From the NCBI GenBank assembly GCA_050259955.1, contig JBLNBM010000003.1:83935-147934 (forward strand): a DNA stretch of 64,000 bases, written 5' to 3'. This stretch comes from Bacteroidota bacterium. GTDB taxonomy: Bacteria > Pseudomonadota > Gammaproteobacteria > Burkholderiales > Rhodocyclaceae. Numbering within the stretch: the stretch's first letter is position 1; each line of letters starts with the position of its first letter. The notes beneath the pieces are model-generated. The model was not told the origin of the DNA and did no database searches. It saw only the letters and a program-made list of their open reading frames with translations. Positions 8,379 to 18,144 of this stretch are shown one piece after another. A program made the translations under genes and the position numbers.

Positions 8379-10340
8379 TCACCAGACGGCGTGCAGGAGG
8401 ATGTTGAACAGGCCGCCGATGAAGAAGGCGAAGGGAACGATCACGGCGACCATGCCGAGGGCGACTTTCGTGCCCTGTTCCTTGACCATCATCATCAGGC
8501 TGGCAAAGCAGGGGATGAACAGGGTGATGGTGATCATGCCGACCACGGCCTGGATCGGGGATAGCGAGTGCGACATGGCGAACAGCCCGGTCGCTCCGAA
8601 ATCGCGGCGCAGGAAACCCATCACGAAAGCCGCCGAGGCTTCCTTGGGCAGGCCCAGCCAGCCGGAGACCAGCGGCTCGCCGGCTTCGATGATGCCGGGC
8701 AGGGCGCCCGACTTGTCGAGGGCGTACATGATGAAGGTGCCGATCAGGAATAGCGGGATGACTTCGAGCAGGTACCACTTCAGCCGGCCGCCGGTCTTCT
8801 TCAGCACATTGGCAATGATCGGCAGGCGCATCGGCGGCAGTTCGGTGACCAGCGGGATGCGCCGGCCGGGAATCAGCCGGGAGGCGAGAAAGCCGGAAAG
8901 CAGCAGGATGCCGACCATGGCCAGTGCCCAGATCAGCACGGCGGTGAAGGAGAGGCCGCCGAGCATGCCGAGGACGACGCCGAGCTGCGCCGAGCAGGGA
9001 ATGGCCAGGGCGAGCAGGAAGATGGTGATCAGGCGTTCACGCGGGCTGTGCAGGATGCGCGTCGTCAGTGTCGCCATGGTGACGCAGCCGAGGCCGAGCA
9101 CCATGGGCAGCACGGCGCGGCCGTTCAAGCCGATCAGCGAAAACAGCCGGTTGGCGATCACGGTCAGGCGCGGCAGGTAGCCAGAATCCTCGAGCACGCC
9201 GAAGGCGAAGAAAAAGGTGGTGACGATGGGCAGGATCAGCGCCAGCGCGTAGGTCATGCCCATGGTCCACAAGCCGTACTGGCCGACCAGCAATTCGGCG
9301 AGCCAGGGGGCGGTGACTGCGGAATTGACCAAGTCGCTGAAGGCCGGGTTGAGGATTTCCTGGAAGAGATCTTTTTCGAGTAGGCCGACCAGCACCGTGG
9401 CGCCGAAGACGCCGACGAACTGGTAAACGACGTAGAGTACGCCGAGCAGGATGGGGACGCCCCAAACCGGATGCACGACATATTGCCCGAGGCGCTGCGC
9501 GAGCAGGGGACTGCTTCGGGCGGCGCGCGAGATGACGCTGGCCGCCAGCGCGTCGGCCGCTTCGGTGCGTTCGCGAGCGAGCAGCGTCGGCAGGTCGGCC
9601 TCGGCGCGCTCGCCGGCGGCGTGGCGCAAGGCGTCGAGTTGCGAAAAATTGTCGCCGGCGGCGCTGGCCAGCCAGTCCGCCACGACCGAGTCGCCGCCGA
9701 GGAAGAGAATGGCCAGGCCGCGCGCCGCGAGGCCGGGATGCGGCGCCAGGCGATTGATCGCGGCGCTCATGTCGGCGATGTCTTGTTCGAGATCGCCGTC
9801 GTAGCGGAGCAGGGCTTGCGGCCGCTGTGCCTCGGCCAGGCTGCCGGTCAGTTCGCCGACGCCCTCGCCGCCGGTCGCCACCGTGGCGAGCACCGGGATG
9901 CCGAGTTCTTCGGCGAGCGCCGGGATATCGACGGTGACGCCGCGCGCCGCCGCTTCGTCGTGCATGTTCAGGGCCAGCACCATGGGGACGCCGAGTTCGG
10001 CGAGCAGTGCGGTCAGCGTCAGGGTGCGGCGCAGGTTCTTGGCATCGCCGACCTGTACCAGGCAACGCGAGTTTTCATGCAGCAGGGCGCGCATCGTCGC
10101 CCGCTCGTCATCGCTGCGTGAAGGCAGCGCCAGGACGCCCGGCGTGTCGAGCAGCACTGCCTCGCGATCGAAGCGGGTGCTGGCCCGGGTGACTTCGACC
10201 GTGGTCCCGGGGTAATTGGAAACATTGACGTAGGCACCGGTCAGGCGGTGAAAGAGCACGGACTTGCCGACATTGGGATGGCCGACGAGCAGGATGGCGT
10301 TGGCGGTGGACAGGGAAGTATTCACGTGGGCAAGGGGCAT
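8379..10340 (-). CDS. feoB: Ferrous iron transporter FeoB
   Basis: G1 GHPNVGKS, G2 NYPGTTV, G3 DTPG, G4 NMHD, and membrane motifs LEDSGYLPR, LGLGC, IPCSAQ, LFIPC. The start codon is uncertain because the frame is open to 10493. Confidence 0.93.
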   Translation of the reverse strand: MPLAHVNTSLSTANAILLVGHPNVGKSVLFHRLTGAYVNVSNYPGTTVEVTRASTRFDREAVLLDTPGVLALPSRSDDERATMRALLHENSRCLVQVGDAKNLRRTLTLTALLAELGVPMVLALNMHDEAAARGVTVDIPALAEELGIPVLATVATGGEGVGELTGSLAEAQRPQALLRYDGDLEQDIADMSAAINRLAPHPGLAARGLAILFLGGDSVVADWLASAAGDNFSQLDALRHAAGERAEADLPTLLARERTEAADALAASVISRAARSSPLLAQRLGQYVVHPVWGVPILLGVLYVVYQFVGVFGATVLVGLLEKDLFQEILNPAFSDLVNSAVTAPWLAELLVGQYGLWTMGMTYALALILPIVTTFFFAFGVLEDSGYLPRLTVIANRLFSLIGLNGRAVLPMVLGLGCVTMATLTTRILHSPRERLITIFLLALAIPCSAQLGVVLGMLGGLSFTAVLIWALAMVGILLLSGFLASRLIPGRRIPLVTELPPMRLPIIANVLKKTGGRLKWYLLEVIPLFLIGTFIMYALDKSGALPGIIEAGEPLVSGWLGLPKEASAAFVMGFLRRDFGATGLFAMSHSLSPIQAVVGMITITLFIPCFASLMMMVKEQGTKVALGMVAVIVPFAFFIGGLFNILLHAVW

Positions 10341-10481
10341 TCTGGTAAAGGCGGCCGGCCGGGTATGTTCCCGGCTGACCGCCACTTTACGCCGGAATGC
10401 CGGACAGATGAAGAAAACCGGCGTTCGCAGCCGGTCTGGCCGGCAAATCGACGGCCTGGGGTGGCGCGAAAAAATCATGGT

Positions 10482-10522
10482 AATAACAATCATTCTTGTT
10501 TAGAATGCGAAACATTCTCATT
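10482..10522. promoter_or_regulatory. Two Fur-box-like sites in the feoB/tonB divergent promoter
   Basis: AATAACAATCATTCTTGTT (10482-10500, 14/18) and AATGCGAAACATTCTCATT (10504-10522, 16/18) against the AATGAGAAT-N-ATTCTCATT palindrome. Confidence 0.75.
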
Positions 10523-10541
10523 TGCGAATATTCCCCCCGAC

Positions 10542-11210
10542 ATGTCGTCCGCCGCTACCTCAAGCTCATTTGCTGGACTCCGTGCCTACCACGGCGCGCA
10601 CCGCTGGTCAGCCCGGGGAATTGCCGCAATCGTCGCCGCCCATATCGGCGTTCTTGCTGTGCTGGCCTCGCTCGACGCCTTGCCGCCCTTGCCGCCACCG
10701 CTCACCCTGATGGTTGAAGTGATCGCACCGACGCCGCCGGCCAGTCCGCCGAAGCCGCAGCCGACACCTGTCGAGCGCCGGCCGGCCGTCAAGCCGGTCG
10801 CCCGGCCGGCGATGCCGACCCCGCCGCCGTTGGCGATACCGGCCGCGGCAGCGAGTGCAGTGGCCGCTGTGTCGCCGGTGGCCAAGGAAACCACGCCGCC
10901 GGCCGCCGCGCCGGCGCCGGCCAGTGTGCAGTCGCCCCGCTTCGATGCCGACTACCTGAACAATCCGGCGCCGGCCTATCCCCCGATGGCCCGGCGCCTG
11001 GGCGAAGAAGGCAAGGTCGTGCTGCGCGTCTTCGTCGAACCCAGCGGCCGCCCCGGCCAGATCGAGGTCAAGACAGGGAGCGGTTCGCCGCGCCTCGATC
11101 AGGCCGCCCAGGATGCCGTCTGGCGCTGGAAATTCGTCGCCGCCCGGCGCGGCGACGAGACGCTCGGCGCCTGGGTGCTGGTTCCCATTGTTTTCAATCT
11201 GAAAGGCTGA
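10542..11210 (+). CDS. tonB: Energy transducer TonB
   Basis: N-terminal TM with His (AAHIGVL), Pro-rich linker, C-terminal PAYPPMARRLGEEGKVVLRVFV...SGSPRLDQAA...VPIVFNL. Confidence 0.92.
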   Translation: MSSAATSSSFAGLRAYHGAHRWSARGIAAIVAAHIGVLAVLASLDALPPLPPPLTLMVEVIAPTPPASPPKPQPTPVERRPAVKPVARPAMPTPPPLAIPAAAASAVAAVSPVAKETTPPAAAPAPASVQSPRFDADYLNNPAPAYPPMARRLGEEGKVVLRVFVEPSGRPGQIEVKTGSGSPRLDQAAQDAVWRWKFVAARRGDETLGAWVLVPIVFNLKG

Positions 11211-11211
11211 C

Positions 11212-12027
11212 ATGGAAAATACCCTGGGCTTCGCCCACTTTCTCGACCACGCCGACGGCATCGCCCGTTTCGTCCTCGGCCTGATGCTGCTCGCCTCGGT
11301 CGGCACCTGGTACCTGATCGTCACCAAGGGCATCCAGGTCTGGCGCATGCATCGCATCAGCGCGGCCTTTCTCGCCGACTTCTGGGAAGCGCCCAACCTC
11401 GAGGCGGTCGCCGCCCGCATCCGCGAAAGCGGCACCACCGAGCCCTTTTCGCACCTGATGCACCACGGCTTCACTGCCATCGAGCAGCACAATCGCCAGA
11501 AGACCGGCAGCGAAAGCAGCACCGCCAGCCTGATCCACACCGGCGCCCCGGACGACCTGCTGACCCGCGCTCTGAAGCGCGCCATCGACGAGGACCGCAG
11601 CCACCTCGAATTCGGCCAGACCTTCCTCGCCACCGTCGCTTCCGCCGCGCCTTTCGTCGGCCTCTTCGGCACCGTCTGGGGCATTTACCATGCGCTGATC
11701 GCCATCGGCCTCTCGGGGCAGAGCAGCCTCGACAAGGTCGCCGGCCCGGTCGGCGAAGCGCTGATCATGACCGGCATCGGGCTGGCCGTCGCCATTCCTG
11801 CCGCCATCGCCTATAACACCTTTGCCCGCGCCAACCGCAATACCCTGTCGCGGCTCAATTCCTTTGCCTACGACGTCTTCGCCTTCCTGGCGACCGGCAT
11901 CAAGACTTCGCCGATGCTGACCGACGCCCGCAGCACCAGCGAAAAGGTCATCGCCCTGGCCCGAGCCCAAGGGCTGGCCGCCACCGATGACAGCTCCCCG
12001 GCCCATCCCGGCCTGGCGCTGTGCTAA
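11212..12027 (+). CDS. exbB: ExbB (MotA/TolQ/ExbB proton channel)
   Basis: FLATVASAAPFVGLFGTVWGI...VAGPVGEALIMTGIGLAVAIPA. Confidence 0.92.
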   Translation: MENTLGFAHFLDHADGIARFVLGLMLLASVGTWYLIVTKGIQVWRMHRISAAFLADFWEAPNLEAVAARIRESGTTEPFSHLMHHGFTAIEQHNRQKTGSESSTASLIHTGAPDDLLTRALKRAIDEDRSHLEFGQTFLATVASAAPFVGLFGTVWGIYHALIAIGLSGQSSLDKVAGPVGEALIMTGIGLAVAIPAAIAYNTFARANRNTLSRLNSFAYDVFAFLATGIKTSPMLTDARSTSEKVIALARAQGLAATDDSSPAHPGLALC

Positions 12028-12039
12028 GGAGAGCCGATC

Positions 12040-12465
12040 ATGGCTTTTGCCAGCCTGGAAGGCGCCGACGACAACGAGCCACTGGCCGAAATCAACATGG
12101 TGCCGCTGATCGACGTGATGCTGGTGTTGCTCATCATCTTCATGGTCACCGCGCCGCTGCTGACGCACGCCGTCAAGGTGGACCTGCCCAAAGCCGCTTC
12201 GGCGCCCAACGTCAGCAAGCCGGAGAACGTGCAACTGGCGATCGATGCCGGTAGCCGTTTATTCTGGAATGGCCAGGCGGTCGATAACGCGCAGTTCGCC
12301 GAGCACCTGAAAACTGCCGCCGCGCAGCAGCCGCAGCCCGAACTGCAGATCCGCGCCGAGCGCACGACACCTTACGAAAAGGTGGCGCAGGTGATGTCGG
12401 AAGCGGCACGCCTGGGGCTCGTCCGCATCGGTTTCGTCACCGATCCCAGCCAGTCCGCTCACTGA
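12040..12465 (+). CDS. exbD: ExbD biopolymer transport protein
   Basis: EINMVPLIDVMLVLLIIFMVTAP...IRAERTTPYEKVAQVM. Confidence 0.93.
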   Translation: MAFASLEGADDNEPLAEINMVPLIDVMLVLLIIFMVTAPLLTHAVKVDLPKAASAPNVSKPENVQLAIDAGSRLFWNGQAVDNAQFAEHLKTAAAQQPQPELQIRAERTTPYEKVAQVMSEAARLGLVRIGFVTDPSQSAH

Positions 12466-12545
12466 ACACTTTTTACTTTCCCGATCTTACCGGCAAGCCA
12501 GGCGACTTCTCCCAGCCAGCCATTACCTCTTGAGGAGTTGTCCCG

Positions 12546-14675
12546 ATGTTGCCGAATACCCCGATCAAACCTGTGGCGCTCGCCGTGCTCGCCATGCTTG
12601 CCAGCCTGGGCGGCGCCCAGGCCGAGGAACAGACCTTGTCGCAGGTCACCGTCGAGGCCCGGCAGGAGCGCGCCGACGGCCCGGTCGACGGTTACCGCGC
12701 TACCCGCTCGGCCACCGTTACCAAGACCGACACTGCCTTGCGCGACGTACCGCAGTCGGTGCAGGTGGTTTCCGAGGAACTGATCAAGGATCAGAACATC
12801 ACCAGCATGGCGCAGGTGCTGCGCTATGTGCCCGGCACTTCGATGAACCCGGGCGAAGGCGGGCGCGACCAGCCCGTGCTGCGCGGCATCAGTACCACCG
12901 CCGATTTCTACATCGATGGCGTGCGTGACGATGCACTTTATTTCCGCGATCCCTACAACGCCGAACGCATCGAGATCCTCAAGGGGCCGAGCGGCATGAC
13001 TTTCGGTCGCGGCGGCGCCGGCGGCGTCATCAACCGGGTCAGCAAGCGGCCCCTGGAAACGCCGCAGACCCGGCTCGACCTCAGCGTTGGCAGTTACGAC
13101 ACGAAACGCGCCAGCGTCGATGTCAGCGGCCGTCTTGCTCCCGGCGCCAATTTCCGCGTCAATGGCATGATCGAGGACTCCGGCGGTTTCCGCGAGGGCT
13201 ACGAACTAAAGCGCCACGGCATCAATCCGGTGGTCGAATTCGCCGTCGGCGATGCGACCTCGGTGCTGCTGAGCTATGAGCATTTCTACGACGCCCGCAC
13301 GGTCGACCGCGGCGTGCCGTCCTTCAACGGCAAGCCCTACGCTTCGCCGCGCGAAACCTTCTTCGGCAACCCCGAGCAGAGCCCCAGCCGCGTGACCGTC
13401 GACAGCTTCGGTGCCCGCGTCGAACACGCCCTGACTGCCGATACCACGTTGCGCAACACTTTCCGCGTCACCCACTACGACACGCTGCGCCAGAACGTCC
13501 AGCCCAACGGCACGGTCAATGCCAGCACCGGCCAGGTGCAGATCAGCGCCTACAGCCAGGCCAACGACCGGACCAACTACTTCAATCAGACCGAGCTCGA
13601 AACCCGCTTCAAGGCGGCCGGCATGGAGCATCTGCTGCTCGCCGGCCTCGAACTGGGCCGTCAGGAGAGCGACAACCTCCGCCTGACCGGCTGGTTCAAC
13701 AGTGCCGGAACGCAGGAATTCGCGACGCCCCTGGCCACCGATCCGCGCGCCAATGTCCTGGTCTGGAAGGCGAAGGCCAGCGATACCAACAACAGCACCA
13801 CGGCCGATATCGCCGCCGTCTATCTGCAGGATCAGATCACGCTGACCCCGCAATGGAAGGCCGTGCTCGGCCTGCGCTACGACAGCTTCGGCGTCGCCAT
13901 CGATGACCACGGCAGCGCCAATGTCGACCTGTCGCGTACCGACCGCCAGTTCTCGCCGCGCGCCGGCCTGATCTACCAGCCGAACGACGTGGTTTCCTAT
14001 TACGCCAGCTACAGCTACGCTTTCATCCCGAGCGGCGAAACCCTGTCGCTGGCGGCAAACAATGCCGAACTGGCGCCGGAAAAGGCCACCAACTACGAGC
14101 TTGGCGCCAAGATCGATATCACGCCGAAGCTGTCGGCCACCGCCGCCCTTTTCCGTCTCGACCGCGCCAACGTCAAGGCCGCCATCCCGGGCACCAGCCC
14201 GGTGCTGCTTTCGCTTTCCGGCCTGCAGCGGACCGAAGGGATCGAACTCGGCCTGCAGGGCCAGGTCACCAAAAACTGGCAGGTCTATGGCGGTTATGCC
14301 AACCTCGATGCCCAGGTTGAAAAAGGCACCGGCTCGGGCTCCAGTGCCGTGCCGGCCGGCAATCGCGTCGCCCTGGTGCCGCGCAACGCCTTCTCGTGGT
14401 GGAACCGCGTTGATCTGAGCGCCGGCTGGGCGGTCGGTCTCGGCCTGGTATACCAGAGCCGCGTCTATGCCCAGACCAGCACCAATGCGGTGACTCTGCC
14501 GGCCTTCGCCCGGGCCGATGGCGCCATCTATTACCAGTTCGACAAGAAGACCCGGCTGGCGCTCAACGTCGAGAACCTGTTCGACCGTGGTTACTACGCC
14601 ACCGCCGGCGGCGACAACAACATCATCGTCGGCACGCCGCGCAGCGCCCAGTTGAGCCTCAGCACCACCTTCTAA
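12546..14675 (+). CDS. TonB-dependent siderophore receptor (Fiu/PiuA-like)
   Basis: Signal peptide, plug DVPQSVQVV...NAERIEILKGPSGMTFGRGGAGGVINRVSKRP, and C-terminal VENLFDRGYY...PRSAQLSLSTTF ending in Phe. Confidence 0.92.
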   Translation: MLPNTPIKPVALAVLAMLASLGGAQAEEQTLSQVTVEARQERADGPVDGYRATRSATVTKTDTALRDVPQSVQVVSEELIKDQNITSMAQVLRYVPGTSMNPGEGGRDQPVLRGISTTADFYIDGVRDDALYFRDPYNAERIEILKGPSGMTFGRGGAGGVINRVSKRPLETPQTRLDLSVGSYDTKRASVDVSGRLAPGANFRVNGMIEDSGGFREGYELKRHGINPVVEFAVGDATSVLLSYEHFYDARTVDRGVPSFNGKPYASPRETFFGNPEQSPSRVTVDSFGARVEHALTADTTLRNTFRVTHYDTLRQNVQPNGTVNASTGQVQISAYSQANDRTNYFNQTELETRFKAAGMEHLLLAGLELGRQESDNLRLTGWFNSAGTQEFATPLATDPRANVLVWKAKASDTNNSTTADIAAVYLQDQITLTPQWKAVLGLRYDSFGVAIDDHGSANVDLSRTDRQFSPRAGLIYQPNDVVSYYASYSYAFIPSGETLSLAANNAELAPEKATNYELGAKIDITPKLSATAALFRLDRANVKAAIPGTSPVLLSLSGLQRTEGIELGLQGQVTKNWQVYGGYANLDAQVEKGTGSGSSAVPAGNRVALVPRNAFSWWNRVDLSAGWAVGLGLVYQSRVYAQTSTNAVTLPAFARADGAIYYQFDKKTRLALNVENLFDRGYYATAGGDNNIIVGTPRSAQLSLSTTF

Positions 14676-14752
14676 CCCAGCGGTATTGCCGCAGCGCACC
14701 CCATGTCCCACTCGGGGCCTGGGGTGCCGAGCCATATTCAGGAATACGGAAA

Positions 14753-15406
14753 GTGAATCCCTTGCCTTCAAATACCCTCGTTCGTGGCCCGCAGCGCCTC
14801 AAGTGGCTCAAGTGGCTGCGCCGCACCCATGCCTGGATCGGCCTCTGGGGCGCCGCTCTCGGCCTGCTCTTCGGCTTTACCGGCATTCTGCTCAATCATC
14901 GGGCGGTGATGAAAATTCCGGCCGGCCACAATGTCGAGACGCAGAGCCAGGTCGTCCTTGAGACGCCGCCCGACTCGCCGCAGGCACTGGCCGGATTGCT
15001 CGGCGAGCGCTTCGGCTATCCGGCGGAACGGATCAGGACCCGCCGTGAAGCAGCGCGCGACGTGATCTGGAACGGCCAGCCCGTTCACCAGCCCGAGCGC
15101 TGGAATCTTTCCTTCGACGCTCCCGAACGCTTTGCGCGGGCCGAATACTGGGTCGGTAACCGGACGGTTTCGGTGAAGCTCGCCGAGGCCGACGCCGTGT
15201 CGACCCTGAAGCGCCTGCATACCGGCGCCACCAACGACACTGCCTGGATCGTGCTCGCCGACGCCCTGGCCGGTGGGCTGCTCTTTCTCGCCCTCTCCGG
15301 CACGCTGTTGTGGACGCGGCTGGCCGGCCCCAAGCTGGTCGGTGCAGCGCTGGTCCTCAGCGGTTCTGGCAGTGCGGCCTGGGTTGCACTGGGCGGTATG
15401 GTCTGA
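14753..15406 (+). CDS. PepSY-associated TM helix domain protein
   Basis: LRRTHAWIGLWG...FGFTGILLNH...LKRLHTG...WIVLAD; follows the receptor gene. Confidence 0.8.
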   Translation: MNPLPSNTLVRGPQRLKWLKWLRRTHAWIGLWGAALGLLFGFTGILLNHRAVMKIPAGHNVETQSQVVLETPPDSPQALAGLLGERFGYPAERIRTRREAARDVIWNGQPVHQPERWNLSFDAPERFARAEYWVGNRTVSVKLAEADAVSTLKRLHTGATNDTAWIVLADALAGGLLFLALSGTLLWTRLAGPKLVGAALVLSGSGSAAWVALGGMV

Positions 15407-15449
15407 GCGACACAGCGGGCGCTAAGGTCGCCCGAAATGAAAATAAACC

Positions 15450-15488
15450 TGGGGCCAGGCCGACAACGGCACTGGCCCCATTTTTTTT
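15450..15488. terminator. Probable bidirectional terminator between convergent operons
   Basis: TGGGGCCAG...CTGGCCCCA followed by T8 and preceded by an A-rich run. Confidence 0.7.
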
Positions 15489-15540
15489 CCGCACTCGCTT
15501 CCGGCGATCAGGCCGGAAACGGTGCAACTTCCCGAAACGC

Positions 15541-16956
15541 CTACCAGATGAAGAACACCAGCGTCCACATCGTGGCCATCAGGCCGACCGGCCACAGCAT
15601 CGCCGTGCCGGCGGTCAGTTTGCGGCCGATTCCTGGCGTCGGGCGTTCGCCAACAGTGCTTGCACCTTGGCGCAGGAGTTGGAAGGTCAACCATAGGCTG
15701 CCCAGGCAACCGGCGCTAAGCAAGGTGATGCGGAAATACGGCAGCCAGCCCAGCCAGAGGTGCTCGGCTTTCAGGTGGGTCACGGTCAGCATCGACAAGC
15801 CGAGGATCACACTGGCTGCGGCCAGCGGCGTCAGGGACAGCGAAAAGCGCTGCCAGGTAAGGGGGGCGCTGTTCATCAGCCGGGATGCCAGCAGCGGGCC
15901 GAGTAACAGCAGGCTGCCAAGCAGGAAACCGCCGCCCAACAGATAGCCGAGAATGAGCAGGCCGTCCAGCCAGGTGAACAGATCGTTGGCTTCCGGATAA
16001 TGGGTCAGCAGCCACCAGGGGACATCGCTGTCGAGTAGTGCGAAATGCTCGTGGTCGACCAGCCATTCGGCGGCCGTCAGCTTGATCTGGAGCAGCCAGG
16101 GACTCAGCGTCCACTGGAAGGCGGCGGTGGCGACGCCGAGCACGCCGTAAATCAGGGTCAGAGCATCCGGTGTTTTGGCCGGGGCATCGAGATTGAGCAC
16201 TTCGGCGAAAGGTGAGCGGGCGGAATAAGTCACGGCGTCGCGCTGGCCGGCGCAGCGCCCGCAGCTATGGCATTCGGAGGCGCTGGTCATGCGCCGGACG
16301 TCAAGCAGCGGGGCGCAATTGACCGGCTCGAAATCGCCCTGGTGACGATCCCAGGCGTCGCGATCGACCTTGTAGTGGAGCGGTGCGATCTTGGCCAGCA
16401 CGGCGAAGACGCCGGAAGCCGGGCACAGGTAGCGGCACCAGATGCGCTTTTCGCGGCCGTAGAGCAGCCCAATGACGATGGCGGCGACAGTCGAGCCGCC
16501 GAGGACCAGTAGCGCGGCCTGCGGATATTCATAGACGCTGACCAGTTGCCCGTAGACCGTGGTGCAGATGAAGGCGACGAAGGGCCAGCCGGTCCATTTC
16601 AGCCAGCGCGGCAGCGCCTTGCCCCGGCCGTACTGGCTGACCCATTCGGAGAGGGCGCCTTCCGGGCAGAACACACCGCACCAGACGCGACCCATGCTCA
16701 CCGTGGCAATCATCACGCCCGGCCACCACAGGCCCCAGAAACAGAACTGGGCGAAAAGGCGCAGGTTGTCCCAGATGTGGGCATCTTCCGGCGGCAGCGG
16801 CAAAAAGGCGGGAATGATCACCATCGCCGCGTAGCCGATGACCACCAGCCATTGGATACCGATGATCAGCCGGCGGTTGCGGCGCAGGAAGAGGCCGATC
16901 CGGGCGATCCGGCTGCGCTCGACTGACGGGTAGAACTGCAGGACCTGTTCAGCCAC
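15541..16956 (-). CDS. Membrane polyferredoxin (4Fe-4S binding), FtrD-like
   Basis: Multiple TMs, two CxxxCP motifs (WCGVFCP, WCRYLCP), and C...ECHSCGRC; last gene of the ftr operon. Confidence 0.85.
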   Translation of the reverse strand: MAEQVLQFYPSVERSRIARIGLFLRRNRRLIIGIQWLVVIGYAAMVIIPAFLPLPPEDAHIWDNLRLFAQFCFWGLWWPGVMIATVSMGRVWCGVFCPEGALSEWVSQYGRGKALPRWLKWTGWPFVAFICTTVYGQLVSVYEYPQAALLVLGGSTVAAIVIGLLYGREKRIWCRYLCPASGVFAVLAKIAPLHYKVDRDAWDRHQGDFEPVNCAPLLDVRRMTSASECHSCGRCAGQRDAVTYSARSPFAEVLNLDAPAKTPDALTLIYGVLGVATAAFQWTLSPWLLQIKLTAAEWLVDHEHFALLDSDVPWWLLTHYPEANDLFTWLDGLLILGYLLGGGFLLGSLLLLGPLLASRLMNSAPLTWQRFSLSLTPLAAASVILGLSMLTVTHLKAEHLWLGWLPYFRITLLSAGCLGSLWLTFQLLRQGASTVGERPTPGIGRKLTAGTAMLWPVGLMATMWTLVFFIW

Positions 16957-17752
16957 GGCCGCTTCTCCGCCAGGCCACGATCACCACGCCCCAGTAAGCG
17001 GCCCAGGCGAGCAGGGAACTGAGCGCCGGGCGGGCGCGGTAACCGGAGAAATCGGCGATCAGCTTGCCGCCCTTGGTGGTGTCGTCGAGCAGTCGCGAGC
17101 TGTCCCACACCGGGTCGAGCAGCGGTGGCAGCCAGCCGGCGCCGATCAGGCGGTCGATGGCGGCGATCAGCAGGGCCGAGGCGAGGATCAGCAGCAGGAT
17201 GGAGGAGAGACGCAGCAGCAGGCCGATATTCAGGCGGGCTAGGCTCTTCGCCGCCAGCCAGGCGGTGCCGCCGGCCGCGGCAAAACCGCTGACGGCGCCG
17301 AGCAGCAGGCCGCTGAGGTCGCCTTCCTGCGACATGCCGTAGAGAAAGATCACCGTTTCCGCCCCTTCGCGGGCCACTGCCAGCGCGGCGACGACGGCGA
17401 TCCCGAGATGCCCGGAGCGTTCGGCGGCCGCCGCCAGGTCGGCATGCAGCCTGGCTTTCATCTGCCGGCCATGTTTCCTCATCCACAGCACCATCTGGGT
17501 AATCAGGCCAGCGGCGACGAAGAGCGTGGCGGTCTGGAAAATTTCCAGCGCCTCGCCGGTCAGTTCGTCCTGCACCGTCAGCAAGGCCCAGCCGAGCAGC
17601 AGGGCCAGCCCGGCGCCGGCGGCCAGGCCGAGGAACAGGGCGCGACGCCCGGTGCCGCTGTCGTCGTTGGCTTTCAGCCAGGCGTAGAGGATGCCGGCAA
17701 TCAGGAAAGCCTCCAGGCTTTCCCGCCAGACGACAAAAAATGCATTACCCAT
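16949..17752 (-). CDS. FTR1-family iron permease, FtrC-like
   Basis: Two RExxE motifs (WRESLE and AREGAE) and seven hydrophobic segments. Confidence 0.92.
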   Translation of the reverse strand: MGNAFFVVWRESLEAFLIAGILYAWLKANDDSGTGRRALFLGLAAGAGLALLLGWALLTVQDELTGEALEIFQTATLFVAAGLITQMVLWMRKHGRQMKARLHADLAAAAERSGHLGIAVVAALAVAREGAETVIFLYGMSQEGDLSGLLLGAVSGFAAAGGTAWLAAKSLARLNIGLLLRLSSILLLILASALLIAAIDRLIGAGWLPPLLDPVWDSSRLLDDTTKGGKLIADFSGYRARPALSSLLAWAAYWGVVIVAWRRSGRG

Positions 17753-17802
17753 ACTGTGCTCCGTGCTTGCTGGCTAGTGATTCGATTTGGCTGGCTGGCA
17801 GT

Positions 17803-18135
17803 TCATTTGGCGATGATTTTTCCCTGGCCGGTTTCCGGATGGAAATCATCGAAGAACTTGTAGCTGCCCGGCTTCATCGGAAAAAATACCAGGCTGCGGC
17901 TGACGCCGGGCGCCAGCACCAATTCCTTCTTCAGTTCCAGGCTCTCGAATTCAGTTGCGCCCGGTCCCTCGTTCTTCACTTCCAGGCGAAAGCGGGTGTT
18001 GGCCGGCACTTCGATCGTCTCGGGGAAAAAGCGGCCGTCTTTCATCAACAGCTTGAAAGTCGGCAGGTCATCGGCCAGGGCTGCAGTCGACGCCAGGAAA
18101 GCGCTGAGAACCATGGAATAGAGGGCATATTTCAT
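17803..18135 (-). CDS. Periplasmic cupredoxin-like protein, FtrB-like
   Basis: Signal peptide, FFPETIEVPA...NEGPGATEFES...KPGSYKFFDDFHP. Confidence 0.85.
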   Translation of the reverse strand: MKYALYSMVLSAFLASTAALADDLPTFKLLMKDGRFFPETIEVPANTRFRLEVKNEGPGATEFESLELKKELVLAPGVSRSLVFFPMKPGSYKFFDDFHPETGQGKIIAK

Positions 18136-18144
18136 CAAGCTTCC

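Noticed and set aside
10341-10493. 51-codon N-terminal extension of FeoB
   Set aside because: It overlaps the Fur boxes and promoter region and has a non-protein-like composition. The shorter start was preferred, but the true start is unverified.
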